Source of the DNA: Candidatus Woesearchaeota archaeon CG10_big_fil_rev_8_21_14_0_10_37_12
GTDB lineage: Archaea; Nanobdellota; Nanobdellia; Woesearchaeales; ARS49
NCBI GenBank assembly: GCA_002762795.1
Contig: PCYA01000014.1
Span: 73,205-137,204 of the forward strand
DNA length: 64,000 nucleotides
Direction of reading: 5' to 3'
Numbering within the stretch: position 1 is the first letter of the stretch; every line of letters begins with the position of its first letter. A program made the position numbers and the translations under genes. The notes under the pieces were generated by a model that searched no databases, was not told the origin of the DNA, and saw only the letters and a list, made by a program, of their open reading frames with translations. Below, one piece after another: positions 1 through 9,570 of the stretch.

Positions 1-140
1 GCAGGATTAATGATTATTCTTCGCATGATGAATGGTTTTTAGAGTCTGTTGAGAAAAAAGTTTGTGGTGATGGTTTAATAGAGCTTACATCTGTAGCTCA
101 GAATGGAAAAGAGAAAGATAGCGAGACTGCTGTTGTTGAT

Positions 141-2906
141 TTGTCTGCTTGTGAAAAATCTTGTTCGCCAACAATCGAGTTATTTGATCTTGATGGATCC
201 TTGCAATCATATCCTAATCCTTGTTGTTCAGTTGATAAAAACATTCCTTCTGCGTGTTGCACTGCGTCTGGTAATTTTCAGACAGGAAAGTTGTTGACTC
301 TTGAGACAAGTCAGTGTGTAAAATCAGAAGTAAGTTTGTTTGGTGCGAAACAGGTTGCCTGTATGCCTAATGTTGTGCGTTGTGATGCTCGTTTTGCGTC
401 AGGAATTCATGGAGAATCAGAATCTATTTACAAAAGCTTAAATTGGGTTGCTCTTGGCCAGAAATGCGACATGCCTTTCAATCCATTTATGGATTCTTTT
501 ACAAGTAATCGTTTTGGTACTGCAGTCGATTCTTGTTCAGCTGTAGAATTAGCTCCTTACTGTGTTCCAGGAACAAAGAAAATTATTCCAAACGGTGTTG
601 CTTGTTCTCCTACTGTTTGGGAGTGTATTGACGGCTATTTGAGATTAGTTGATTCTGGACAGCAGCCAAGTGTTGAAGTTTGTGATAATGCTGACAATGA
701 TTGTGACGGCAAGATTGATGAGGATATTATTTGTTCTTGTTCAAGAAGTTATGAAACAAAAGCTTGTTTTTCCGATAAAGATAATCCTGTTTCAATTTGT
801 GTTAAGAAAAAAGGTATTGGTTTTGAGTGGGACACTAGCATGTGTGCTTTTGAAAGTAAAAAAATAGTGAAAATAAAAGAAGAGTATGCTGTTACAGCAG
901 GTCTTGTTAGTCCTGTTATTCCTGGAGTTCGTCCGTATCGTGTAGCAGAATTGGAAAATGGAAAGTTTGCGTTAAGCACTCCTACTGGTTTTGTTACTGA
1001 TTGCGGAAGTGACTTGGTTTCTGGTTGTTTTGTTTCGGGAAAAACAGTTGATGGCCCTGTTGTGTTTTCAAAAGTTGATAAATTTGATGTTGAAAAGCCT
1101 GTTTTATTTGCGTACAATATTAATAATTGTGATAATGGTTTGGTTGAGTTTTCAGAAGCAGTTCCTCCTGTGCAGAATGTTGAAGCGTATTTTACAACTG
1201 CTGATGCACGTGTGCGTATCCCTGCAACATTAAGTTCTGTTGCTAAAGGAACAGGCAGTTTAGATATGAATGATTTGTTTGAAAATTCTGTGCTGCCTGA
1301 AATTATTTTCAAAGAGCTTGATGAACTTGTGATTTTTTCTGATAAGGAAGAAGTTCAAATTGATGGTTTACGATTTTTATTAGATAAAGGAAAATTAAGC
1401 GCGATAGTTAAGAACAGTAATAGCCCTGTTAAAAATAAAGGGTTGGTGACTCTTGGTCAACCGCTTGAAATCATATTTAGTACCTTGCCTAATAATGTGT
1501 TAAAGGTTTCAGCTCCTCTCGTTTTAAAAAGAGGTATGGACCCTGGTTCTTTAGGAGCGTATGTTTGGCTTGATGGTACTTGGGAGTATATTGGTGGAGA
1601 GCTTATTGATGGTATTTTTTTTGTTGATATTCAACTGCAACAATTTGCTGTTGACAATAAGTTAAATCTGCTGATTGCAGGGAGTGCTTGTGTAGGCTGC
1701 AAGCAAGCGTACTTATATTCTGTACGTGAAGTAAATTCTGATGTTCTATTAGTGTTAGCGCATGGTTTCTTAAGTTCTCCGAGAAGGAGTATGAGTGCAT
1801 TGTTGTATGATATTGAAAAAAGCAAGATACAAGTTGATGTTGCTTTGTTTGGTTACGGAAGCATTGCGCCTGAAGAAGCTTCAGATGTTCTTGGTGCAAG
1901 GTTGCGAGATGAGATTAAAAAGAATGGTTACAAAAAAGTTGTTTTTGTAGCCCACAGCCTTGGCGGACTTATCATTAGAGATATGCTGCAAAAAGAATCT
2001 TGGCAATCTGATTCTCTTTTGCCATTTATTGATGCTGTTATTCTTTCTGGTACTCCTAACAGAGGAACTCCTATTGGAAGTAGGGCAAATAATGTATTCG
2101 ATATATTTGCTAAGTTGATTGATTTTGGTGATGTGCTTCCTGTTGGAGGAGTTCACAAGGATACGCTGAACTTACTGAGCACAGGAGTGCAATATAACTG
2201 GCCTGAGTCTGTAAAATTGTTTGTTCATGCAGGCAATGAGGATTTGTTTGGTATTGGAAGTTTTTTCAGAGTAGGCTATCCTAATGATGCATTAGTTTCA
2301 AGAGACAGTGCGCAGGTCGTAGGCGATAAAATTCAAAATGATGTTTGTGTAAACTGGGTAGAACAAGAAAGTAACCATTTTGGATTGAATAAAAATAGCG
2401 AGCAAAGGTATTCTTTGCTTTATTTTTTGAGAGAATTAAGTGATTCATTCAGGAAGAAAGACGATGCAAAAATGTATGTTTTGATGCAGGTTGATAATTG
2501 CCAGTCTGGTTTGCTGGAAGTTTACGGCACTCTTGTTGAAAAAGAAAAGCTTGCTTTGCCAGAAGGTTGTGAGGTCTTTGGTTGTGGAGATTCCGTTTGC
2601 CAGCTTGGCGAATCTTGTGCAGTAGATTGTGCTGCAGGTGATCTTTGTGATGATGTTTCGCATTTCACATATTTGTTTGCTGTATTAGCCGTACTCATAA
2701 TAATTTTACACGGAGTTATATTAAGTGCGGGAGAGCGAAACAAATACATTCTCTATTCAGCATATGTGCTGACTGGCTTTGCAGTTGTTGCTGTTGTTGT
2801 ATCTGTTATTTGGTGTGAGTTATCAGTTATTCCTGCAATTGCAACAGCATTAGCCGTGCTTGCGTTGATTGTTGAGTGGGCAACAAGTATTGATAGACGA
2901 TGGTAA
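141..2906 (+). CDS. Secreted or membrane-anchored alpha/beta-hydrolase (lipase/esterase-like) with a Cys-rich N-terminal region and C-terminal transmembrane helices
   Basis: 921-aa ORF with an N-terminal hydrophobic signal-like segment. The Cys-rich N-terminal third contains a CDNADNDCDGKIDED motif resembling a putative metal-binding repeat. The central region has a GxSxG nucleophile elbow (VVFVAHSLGGLIIRD) typical of lipases/esterases. The C-terminal ~90 aa carry two or three hydrophobic helices. Confidence 0.55.
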   Translation: MSACEKSCSPTIELFDLDGSLQSYPNPCCSVDKNIPSACCTASGNFQTGKLLTLETSQCVKSEVSLFGAKQVACMPNVVRCDARFASGIHGESESIYKSLNWVALGQKCDMPFNPFMDSFTSNRFGTAVDSCSAVELAPYCVPGTKKIIPNGVACSPTVWECIDGYLRLVDSGQQPSVEVCDNADNDCDGKIDEDIICSCSRSYETKACFSDKDNPVSICVKKKGIGFEWDTSMCAFESKKIVKIKEEYAVTAGLVSPVIPGVRPYRVAELENGKFALSTPTGFVTDCGSDLVSGCFVSGKTVDGPVVFSKVDKFDVEKPVLFAYNINNCDNGLVEFSEAVPPVQNVEAYFTTADARVRIPATLSSVAKGTGSLDMNDLFENSVLPEIIFKELDELVIFSDKEEVQIDGLRFLLDKGKLSAIVKNSNSPVKNKGLVTLGQPLEIIFSTLPNNVLKVSAPLVLKRGMDPGSLGAYVWLDGTWEYIGGELIDGIFFVDIQLQQFAVDNKLNLLIAGSACVGCKQAYLYSVREVNSDVLLVLAHGFLSSPRRSMSALLYDIEKSKIQVDVALFGYGSIAPEEASDVLGARLRDEIKKNGYKKVVFVAHSLGGLIIRDMLQKESWQSDSLLPFIDAVILSGTPNRGTPIGSRANNVFDIFAKLIDFGDVLPVGGVHKDTLNLLSTGVQYNWPESVKLFVHAGNEDLFGIGSFFRVGYPNDALVSRDSAQVVGDKIQNDVCVNWVEQESNHFGLNKNSEQRYSLLYFLRELSDSFRKKDDAKMYVLMQVDNCQSGLLEVYGTLVEKEKLALPEGCEVFGCGDSVCQLGESCAVDCAAGDLCDDVSHFTYLFAVLAVLIIILHGVILSAGERNKYILYSAYVLTGFAVVAVVVSVIWCELSVIPAIATALAVLALIVEWATSIDRRW

Positions 2907-3457
2907 AAAATGGAAAAGAATCTGAACAGTTTCTAGAATTAAAGACATTCCATGCCAAGCAAATAAGAGAAAACATATTAAACAAACTAATCCATAATAA
3001 AGAAACCGGTTGTTTTTATTCCCCATTCGATTCCAGTAAAAGAAATTTCTGTATTTTATTTTACAAAGATAATATTGTTAAATCAATGATACAATATTCT
3101 GATTTAGAAAATACCAAAGATGATTCGAGACAAATTTTTGTTTACTTAAGACAACTGAATCCCGAAGCTGAAACAAAAATAGTTTTAGATTTTGATAAAA
3201 ATCACGATAAACATAAAAAAATACATTTAAACACAAAAATTCCCGATAATTTTTTGAATAAAAAGGCTATTGATAAAATCAATCATTTGGCAGTAGTTTA
3301 TTCTAATAATAGGATTGATTATTTTAAAACTTTTTTCAGTATGTTAGTGAAGCTAAAGGAGACTGGTTTCTTCAATGAATTTAACGAATATAGCATCTAT
3401 CAATTAGATATTGACTCTGAAGAGTACAAGAAAATTGATAAGTTTTTGAAAATGTAA
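2900..3457 (+). CDS. Hypothetical Lys-rich protein
   Basis: 185-aa ORF that overlaps the preceding stop by 7 nt. It is very AT-rich and I recognise no motif. Confidence 0.3.
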   Translation: MVKNGKESEQFLELKTFHAKQIRENILNKLIHNKETGCFYSPFDSSKRNFCILFYKDNIVKSMIQYSDLENTKDDSRQIFVYLRQLNPEAETKIVLDFDKNHDKHKKIHLNTKIPDNFLNKKAIDKINHLAVVYSNNRIDYFKTFFSMLVKLKETGFFNEFNEYSIYQLDIDSEEYKKIDKFLKM

Positions 3458-3479
3458 ATAGTTTAATCTATAAAAATAA

Positions 3480-3588
3480 CGGACCTGCAGGGATTCGAAC
3501 CCTGATCACTGGGTGTCTTGCAATGGTTAGCTCGTATCATTGCGGCCACTACCGAAGCCCAGCATTCTATCCATTAAACTACAGGCCC
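3480..3588 (-). tRNA. tRNA-Arg (anticodon UCG) with a ~36-nt intron after position 37
   Basis: Minus-strand cloverleaf. Acceptor GGGCCUG pairs with CAGGUCC (one G-U pair). The D-loop has GG, the T-arm is CAGGG-UUCGAAU-CCCUG, and the discriminator is G. Anticodon stem CUGGG/CCCAG is interrupted by 44 nt, consistent with loop CUUCGG plus an intron after position 37, giving anticodon UCG. No CCA is encoded. Confidence 0.7.
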
Positions 3589-3593
3589 AAAGT

Positions 3594-3733
3594 AAATCAA
3601 TACTATGGTTTCATTGGGGATTTAGTTTCTTGGAAATTTATTTCCAATAAACTACAGGCCCGACTCTATGTAGAGTCTATGGTTTCTCAGGACTTAGTTT
3701 TTTGGTATGTGAATACCAATAAACTACAGGCCC
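3594..3733 (-). repeat. Two tandem ~72-nt units, each starting with a copy of the first 18 nt of the adjacent tRNA-Arg (GGGCCTGTAGTTTATTGG) followed by a hairpin
   Basis: The minus-strand motif GGGCCTGTAGTTTA(T/A)TGG occurs at 3588, 3661 and 3733 with 72-73-nt spacing. Units 2 and 3 continue with hairpins TTGGAAAT..ATTTCCAA and TTGGTAT..ATACCAA, which are compensatory stems. They then share AAACTAA(A/G)TCC and AAACCATAG. Neither unit has a 3' acceptor strand, so they are not complete tRNAs. Confidence 0.5.
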
Positions 3734-3895
3734 TGTTAAGAATAAAAAAAATCATTATTTAAAAAACTAAGCTTTCTAAAAATAAAAAAGAACCTCTTAC
3801 ATCACACGTCTAACCACAAAAAAGCCACCAGTCACCTCTTTTTCCCAGGCTTTGTGGATTAAGGGTCTCTTTTCCCTCGCTAAAACAATGGATTA

Positions 3896-4648
3896 TTATG
3901 GACAATTCTTTCTGAGAGTAGGGTCAATAATTCTTGCGCATGCTTTTGCATCATTTGTTGCATGGTAATAATCAAGATAACATTGGTCTCCTAGTTCTTG
4001 GCATTTTGACAGTTCCTTGTATTCAACTATTAAGTTAAACAGGCAAGTTTTTACTTTGGCCGTGTCTCTGTCTCGCCTACATTCTTCGTATTTTTTTGAT
4101 TTTTCTGCATCTGAATCATAATAGCATGTGTTTCCTGCACAATTAATTGATTTTTGTTGTAGTTGATTGTTTTGATTAATCTTTTGTGTGTTCTGTTGTG
4201 GTGCTTGTTCAACAAATAATTGTGGTACTTGAGCTTGTTCTTGTTTTGGTCTTGTTTCAAGCATTTGTGCTTGTGCTTGTACTGGTTGAACTTGAACTTG
4301 TTGTACTGGTACAACTGATGGTGTATCTATTTGTTCTGTGACTTGTATTTCTTTTGCTTGTATTTGTTCTGGTGTGATTGGATGAGGTACAAATCCTGTT
4401 GGTTCTTGTTGTGAAGGCATGAATACAGCTGCTGCTGCGAAAATAACGATGATTAGACCTAGCCATGTTGCTCTGAATGGTGTGAGTAATTTTTCTGGTT
4501 TTAAGTGATGTTCTTGTTCAACATGATGTATTGCTTGGAGAATATGGTCTTCTTGCCATCCTGCTGCAAGTAGATTTTGTGCGATGTGTTCTTGGGTGTG
4601 TTTTTGTTGTTTTGCTTTGCGCACGTAGTCTGTGAGTCTTTCGTTCAT
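3896..4648 (-). CDS. Hypothetical membrane-anchored protein with a Q/V-rich linker and a Cys-rich C-terminal domain
   Basis: 250-aa ORF with one hydrophobic helix (LGLIIVIFAAAAVFM), a Q-rich low-complexity stretch, and a C-terminal Cys cluster. Confidence 0.35.
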   Translation of the reverse strand: MNERLTDYVRKAKQQKHTQEHIAQNLLAAGWQEDHILQAIHHVEQEHHLKPEKLLTPFRATWLGLIIVIFAAAAVFMPSQQEPTGFVPHPITPEQIQAKEIQVTEQIDTPSVVPVQQVQVQPVQAQAQMLETRPKQEQAQVPQLFVEQAPQQNTQKINQNNQLQQKSINCAGNTCYYDSDAEKSKKYEECRRDRDTAKVKTCLFNLIVEYKELSKCQELGDQCYLDYYHATNDAKACARIIDPTLRKNCP

Positions 4649-4721
4649 GAGCGTAAAAAAGCATGAAGTATTTATAAGGATTTAGTATGTACAATACTAT
4701 AATTATGCTCTATTTCTCAGC

Positions 4722-5936
4722 TTATTCATATCGTAATGCTTCTACAGGTTTTAATGACGCTGCTCTTTTTGCAGGCAATATGCCGCTTATTGCACCGATT
4801 AATATTGCAAATATTAGCACTCCAAAAATAAGTTGTACTGGATAAATTGCTAGCAATGTTCCTGGACCGAATGAATTGTTAACAATAAGCTCTACGCTTT
4901 TGCTTATTCCTGCGCCAATAAGTATTCCTATACTTCCTCCAGTCAGTCCAAGTAATGCGCTTTCTACAAGGAATGTAATAAGTATGTCTTTGTTTTGTGC
5001 TCCTATTGCTTTCATCACTCCTATTTCTCTTGTTCGTTCAAGAACAGAAGTGTACATGGTGTTCATAATTCCTATGCCACCAACTAATAAACTGATTGCA
5101 GCTATTCCTATAAAGACAATTTGAACAATATTGAATACTTTGTTGAATGATTCAATGAGTTCTGTACTTGTTTGTACCATAAAATCTTCTTTTCCTTCAT
5201 CCTGATGTCTGTCTCGTCTTATTAATCGCTCTATTCTTTCTGCTACTTCATCTGGATTAACTCCTTGTTCTGTTTGAGCAAAGATCATCGAGTACGCATC
5301 TGACTCGTTTAATATATCTCGCATGTTTTGTTCAGGCATTACTAGTCCATTATCTAATCCCGGATCTCCTGTTCGTTTTAGCGTACCTACAACTTTGAAC
5401 TTTTGATTACTTATTAAAAAAGTGTCTCCTACGCGTGCATTTTTTCCAAATGTTTTTTTGTTTGCAATGTTATAACCAATAACTATTTTGTCAGAGTCTT
5501 TGTGCGTGAGTAATCTTCCTTGGTCTGCTTCCCATAAGTTTACTGCTGTTGCAAGTGTTGCTTCTCGTTGTGTTTCCGGCACGCTTGCAATAAAAAGTGT
5601 TCGTTGTACTCTATTGAATTGTACTTGTATTGCTCTGTAAAGAACTCCTGCTGTTTGCTTTATTGCAGGTGCTCTTTCTGTAACAGTCAATTCTCGCTCA
5701 GTCATTTTCCCTGGTGCGCTTTGTCCAGTAAATCCTGCTGCTTCTTTTGCTTGAACAATTATTTTGTCTGCACCAACTTTCTCAAATTGTTGATTGATTG
5801 TGTACTGTAATCCTTGTCCAAGAGATATTAGTGCAACTACTGCTGCAATGCCGATAAATACTCCTAACATTGTGAGCGCTGCACGTTTTTTTCGTTTGCG
5901 AATGTTTCTTAATGCCATTTTGATTTGTTCAATCAT
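4722..5936 (-). CDS. ABC transporter permease, FtsX/MacB family
   Basis: 404 aa with an N-terminal transmembrane helix, a large extracytoplasmic domain, and C-terminal FtsX-like helices. The conserved stretch is TMYTSVLERTREIGVMKAIGA. It overlaps its upstream paralog by 8 nt. Confidence 0.8.
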   Translation of the reverse strand: MIEQIKMALRNIRKRKKRAALTMLGVFIGIAAVVALISLGQGLQYTINQQFEKVGADKIIVQAKEAAGFTGQSAPGKMTERELTVTERAPAIKQTAGVLYRAIQVQFNRVQRTLFIASVPETQREATLATAVNLWEADQGRLLTHKDSDKIVIGYNIANKKTFGKNARVGDTFLISNQKFKVVGTLKRTGDPGLDNGLVMPEQNMRDILNESDAYSMIFAQTEQGVNPDEVAERIERLIRRDRHQDEGKEDFMVQTSTELIESFNKVFNIVQIVFIGIAAISLLVGGIGIMNTMYTSVLERTREIGVMKAIGAQNKDILITFLVESALLGLTGGSIGILIGAGISKSVELIVNNSFGPGTLLAIYPVQLIFGVLIFAILIGAISGILPAKRAASLKPVEALRYE

Positions 5937-7140
5937 TGCGTAGTGCCTCTACTGGTTGTAGTTTGCTTGCTTGTCTTGCTGGAAATATGCCCGATATTGT
6001 TCCGATGATAAATGAAAAAAGTAATGCTCCTATGATGAGTTGCCAGGAAAATGATGCTTGTAGTATATCTCCTAACGCGTTTTGTGATGCTAATTCTACG
6101 AGTTTGCTCAATCCAAAACCAATCAGTATTCCTATTGCTCCTCCCACCATGCCCAGAATTCCACTTTCAACAACAAACAAAATAAGTATGTCTTTGTTTT
6201 GTGCTCCTATTGCTTTCATCACTCCTATTTCTCTTGTTCGTTCAAGAACAGAAGTGTACATGGTGTTCATAATTCCTATACCACCAACAAGAATGCTTAT
6301 TAATGCAATACCAATAAATACTCCTTGTACTACACCAAGAATAACATTTACGCTTGAAATCAGTTCTTCACTTGTTGTGACTGTGAAATCTTCAAATCCT
6401 TCTTTTTGGTGTCTATCTTTTCGTATTGCGCGCTGTATTTTGTCAGCAATTTGTGATGGTTTTTCTCCTGTTACAATTTGTGCAAAAAGAGCACTGTATT
6501 CTTTCTTGTTTTTTGTAAGCTCTCTGAGATCTTTTTCGTTCATCATTATGGATTCGTCTCTTCCTGCACCTATTTTTTTTAAAAATCCTACAATTTCGAA
6601 GTTTTCTCCATTGATAAGAACGGATTTTCCTAGTTGTAAATCTCTTGGAAAATGTTCTTCTGTCCAATAGTGATATCCTACGAGAATTTTTTTATTGTCT
6701 GTAGGTTTGAGTAGTCTTCCGTCTGCAACAGCTATGTTGTTTGCTCCTATAACTAAATCTCTGTCTTCATGTTTTTCTGGAAGACTTGCTGCAAAAATTG
6801 TTTGTGTAGTATCTGCGTATTCTACTGTTACTGATTGTAAAATTCTTCCTGCTGCTCGGCTTACTCCTGGTGTTCTTTTTACAATCTCAAGATCATCCTC
6901 ATCTACTTTTCCTGGAGTGTCTTGTCCTGGTGGTCCAAATCCGGCAGTTGCTCCTTGGATGATTATTTTATCTGCTCCTACTCCTGAAAATTGTGCATTG
7001 ATTGCGTCTGCCATTCCTTGCCCAAGGGATATTAACGCTACAACAGCTGCTATGCCAATAATTATGCCAAGTGCTGTTAGCATTGTTCTGAGAATTCTTT
7101 TTTTCAGGCTTCCAAGCACTAGTGCAAGATAGTCTTTCAT
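5929..7140 (-). CDS. ABC transporter permease, FtsX/MacB family (paralog of 4722-5936)
   Basis: 403 aa. Nearly identical conserved blocks (NTMYTSVLERTREIGVMKAIGAQNKDIL) show this is a tandem duplication within the operon. Confidence 0.8.
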   Translation of the reverse strand: MKDYLALVLGSLKKRILRTMLTALGIIIGIAAVVALISLGQGMADAINAQFSGVGADKIIIQGATAGFGPPGQDTPGKVDEDDLEIVKRTPGVSRAAGRILQSVTVEYADTTQTIFAASLPEKHEDRDLVIGANNIAVADGRLLKPTDNKKILVGYHYWTEEHFPRDLQLGKSVLINGENFEIVGFLKKIGAGRDESIMMNEKDLRELTKNKKEYSALFAQIVTGEKPSQIADKIQRAIRKDRHQKEGFEDFTVTTSEELISSVNVILGVVQGVFIGIALISILVGGIGIMNTMYTSVLERTREIGVMKAIGAQNKDILILFVVESGILGMVGGAIGILIGFGLSKLVELASQNALGDILQASFSWQLIIGALLFSFIIGTISGIFPARQASKLQPVEALRND

Positions 7141-8321
7141 CTGCGCTTATTGGTTTTTTTCTTTTTCCACCAGTAAATTCCACCCGCAATAATGATAAGC
7201 AGAACAATAATTACTGGAAGTAATGATCCTCTGCTTTCAAGATCATTATCTGTTATTATTCTTAGAGGCAAGTCATATTGTTGTGTAAAATCAACATTGT
7301 AAGGATCTTTGAATGTTATTTCCAATTTGAGCTTTGGTTCTTTTACCAGTGGTTTAAGAATAAAGTCTACTGTTTCAAAGTCATCGTTGTCAAGATTACC
7401 GACATATGCTTCGTTGCTCGGTGTTAGAATTTCGTAATCTTCTGTTTTGATAAGTCTAATGTCAACATATTTGAGATCAACTATTCCTTTGTTGATTACT
7501 TTTAATGATACTGTTCCTGGCTTTTGTTTGTTTTCAAAATCTGTTGAATCTACGATGAGTGATACTTCGGGCTCTGCATTGATAAGAGTGCTTATTTGTA
7601 CTGTTTCATTGTATTGCTTATTTTTTTCATCTTGGTATGATAATTTTAATGGCAGTTTGTAAAGTTTTACTTGTGTGCTCGTGTCAGATGCTATCTGAAA
7701 AATAATTGTTTCTGTTTCTCCTGCAGGGATATTGGGTAGCCTTCTTTTTGTTCCTGTGCCTATTGTGCTGAAAGAATCTCCCAAGTCAAGAGATACGTCA
7801 ACATTTTTTATGCCTATCACGCCTGCATTTTTTAATGTGAGTGTTACTTCTGCTGTTTGTCCTGGTTTTATTGGTGTTGGATCAATTTTGTAGTCATCAA
7901 TAATTAATACCGCATTTTGTGTTTGTACGGCGATCTTAGCTTCTAAATAAGTCCATTGTTCGCCTGCTGATGTTTTGTATAAGAATTTTATTGTGTGATC
8001 TCCATTTCTTGCTTCTGGATCAACAAGAACTGTGAATTTTTCTACTTTGTCTTCTGTTGACGCAACAAAACCTACATCAATTTCTTGTGGTTGTCCAGGT
8101 GGTAAACTAAATGGGTATTCTGGGTCAAATCGTAATGTTACTGTGTCTGCTACTCTTCCTGCATTTTGAAATTGTAGCCATATGTCTACTGTTCTTCCTT
8201 GTTCTGCAGGTGTTGGCTCGTATTTGAGAATGTTTGCTTTGACTTCTGTAAACACAACCAGTGAGTGAGTAGCAGATACAAGTAGCAAAGATAAGAGTAG
8301 TAGTAAGGCTAATTTTTTCAT
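7137..8321 (-). CDS. Secreted, C-terminally anchored surface protein with predicted beta-sandwich repeats, co-transcribed with the ABC exporter
   Basis: 394 aa with an N-terminal signal peptide ([17 protein letters not shown]) and a C-terminal hydrophobic helix followed by a basic tail (IIVLLIIIAGGIYWWKKKKTNKRR). Repeated beta-rich segments are present. There are 4-nt overlaps with both the ATPase and the permease genes. Confidence 0.5.
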   Translation of the reverse strand: MKKLALLLLLSLLLVSATHSLVVFTEVKANILKYEPTPAEQGRTVDIWLQFQNAGRVADTVTLRFDPEYPFSLPPGQPQEIDVGFVASTEDKVEKFTVLVDPEARNGDHTIKFLYKTSAGEQWTYLEAKIAVQTQNAVLIIDDYKIDPTPIKPGQTAEVTLTLKNAGVIGIKNVDVSLDLGDSFSTIGTGTKRRLPNIPAGETETIIFQIASDTSTQVKLYKLPLKLSYQDEKNKQYNETVQISTLINAEPEVSLIVDSTDFENKQKPGTVSLKVINKGIVDLKYVDIRLIKTEDYEILTPSNEAYVGNLDNDDFETVDFILKPLVKEPKLKLEITFKDPYNVDFTQQYDLPLRIITDNDLESRGSLLPVIIVLLIIIAGGIYWWKKKKTNKRR

Positions 8322-9019
8322 AGTTTACCTCTTTTATTCTTTTTTGTAGATAGTATTTGCCCATCTTTTAAAAATTCTGCCCTTCCGGCAACTTTTGAAA
8401 GGTTTAAATCATGAGTAACCATGACTACTGTTTTTCCTGTTTTGCTTAGTTGTTTAAGAAAGTCCATGACTTCTTTTCCTGTTTTACTGTCAAGGTTTCC
8501 TGTTGGTTCATCTGCCAAGATTACTAATGGGTCTGTTGCGAGACTGCGTGCTATTGCTACTCTTTGTTGTTGTCCTCCTGAAAGTTCTGTTGGTCTGTGA
8601 TGTAATCTTTCCTGTAAACCAAATTGTGCAAGTAATTTCTCTGCTCTTTTTTTTCGTTCGTGTTCAGGAATGCTTTGAAACATCATTGGTAACATAACGT
8701 TTTCAAGCGCTGTTAGCGTGTCAATAAGATTAAAGCTTTGGAAGATAAATCCTATTTTTTGTCCGCGTATTTGTGCAAGTTCTGACTCACTAAGTTTGCT
8801 GATATCATGCCCATCTAAATATATTGTTCCTTTTGTTGGCACGTCTAAGCAGCCCACCATGTTCATTGCCGTGCTTTTTCCACTTCCTGATGGTCCTAAA
8901 ATTGCTAGAAATTCTCCTTTGTGCACTGATAGGTTTATTCCGCGCAGTGCGTGCACTTGTGTGTCTCCAATTTTGTATGTTTTCCAGACATCTTTAAGTT
9001 CGATAATTGGTTTTTTCAC
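8318..9019 (-). CDS. ABC transporter ATP-binding protein (MacB/LolD-like)
   Basis: Walker [13 protein letters not shown] signature [15 protein letters not shown], Walker [12 protein letters not shown] and an H-loop are all present. It is the first gene of the minus-strand operon. Confidence 0.85.
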   Translation of the reverse strand: MKKPIIELKDVWKTYKIGDTQVHALRGINLSVHKGEFLAILGPSGSGKSTAMNMVGCLDVPTKGTIYLDGHDISKLSESELAQIRGQKIGFIFQSFNLIDTLTALENVMLPMMFQSIPEHERKKRAEKLLAQFGLQERLHHRPTELSGGQQQRVAIARSLATDPLVILADEPTGNLDSKTGKEVMDFLKQLSKTGKTVVMVTHDLNLSKVAGRAEFLKDGQILSTKKNKRGKL

Positions 9020-9179
9020 AATTGTTTAACCTGCAGATAACATTTAATATTGTGTATTCACTGAACAGAAAAAACAAACAGCTATTTTTGAAAAGAACAG
9101 CAAAACATTTATATAGATCACTTCTCTATTCTGGAGTAATAAACATAAAATAAAACGTAATGTTAGGAGGGCTGTAATT

Positions 9180-9563
9180 ATGGCTTTTTTTTCAAAGTTA
9201 AAAGAAAAATTTGGTGGATCAAAATATAATGAATTTGGCGAAGAAGAATACGTTGAATTAGAAAACGATACAGATGCAGCAAAATCAAAAGTGCTTGTCC
9301 GCCCATTTGTTTTGGATGATTTTGAAGATGTGAAACCAGTTCTTCAGTCATTGCGCGAAGGATACACTATTGCTCTTGTTAATATTCGTCCGTTAAAAGA
9401 AAAAGATATTGTTGAGTTAAAGCGTGCCATTAACAAGTTAAAGAAAACAACTGAAGCAATAGATGGTCAAATTGCAGGCTTTGGCGAAGATAGTTTGGTT
9501 ATTACTCCTTCATTTGCAAGCATTTACAGAAGTTCGCAGATGAAAAGAGTTGAAGAGGAATAG
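9180..9563 (+). CDS. sepF: SepF-like cell division protein (DUF552 family)
   Basis: 127 aa. The segment VLVRPFVLDDFEDVKPVLQSLREGYTIALVNIRPL...AIDGQIAGFGEDSLVITP follows the SepF pattern. A GGAGG ribosome-binding site lies 7 nt upstream. Confidence 0.55.
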   Translation: MAFFSKLKEKFGGSKYNEFGEEEYVELENDTDAAKSKVLVRPFVLDDFEDVKPVLQSLREGYTIALVNIRPLKEKDIVELKRAINKLKKTTEAIDGQIAGFGEDSLVITPSFASIYRSSQMKRVEEE

Positions 9564-9570
9564 TTTTTTA

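Noticed and set aside
1-42. 13-codon C-terminal fragment of an upstream gene at the window start
   Set aside because: It is too short to assign and runs off the window.
749-1312. 187-aa minus-strand ORF and the other antisense ORFs inside the 921-aa gene (649-867, 991-1233, 1603-2156, 2445-2749)
   Set aside because: They are embedded antisense within a long, well-supported coding frame, and their sequences are low-complexity.
3570-3740. Possible CRISPR array (three repeats about 72 nt apart)
   Set aside because: The repeats are the 5' end of a tRNA, only 18 nt are identical, the spacers share further conserved blocks, and no cas genes are nearby. It is better explained as tRNA-derived duplication.
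3523-3762. 79-aa plus-strand ORF
   Set aside because: It lies entirely within the minus-strand tRNA-Arg and its tandem tRNA-derived repeats, so it is an artefact of the open frame.
5936-7132. Plus-strand ORFs of 244 and 145 aa inside the FtsX permease genes
   Set aside because: They are antisense to strongly supported permease CDSs and are Ser/Pro/Cys-rich, which is typical of out-of-frame translation.
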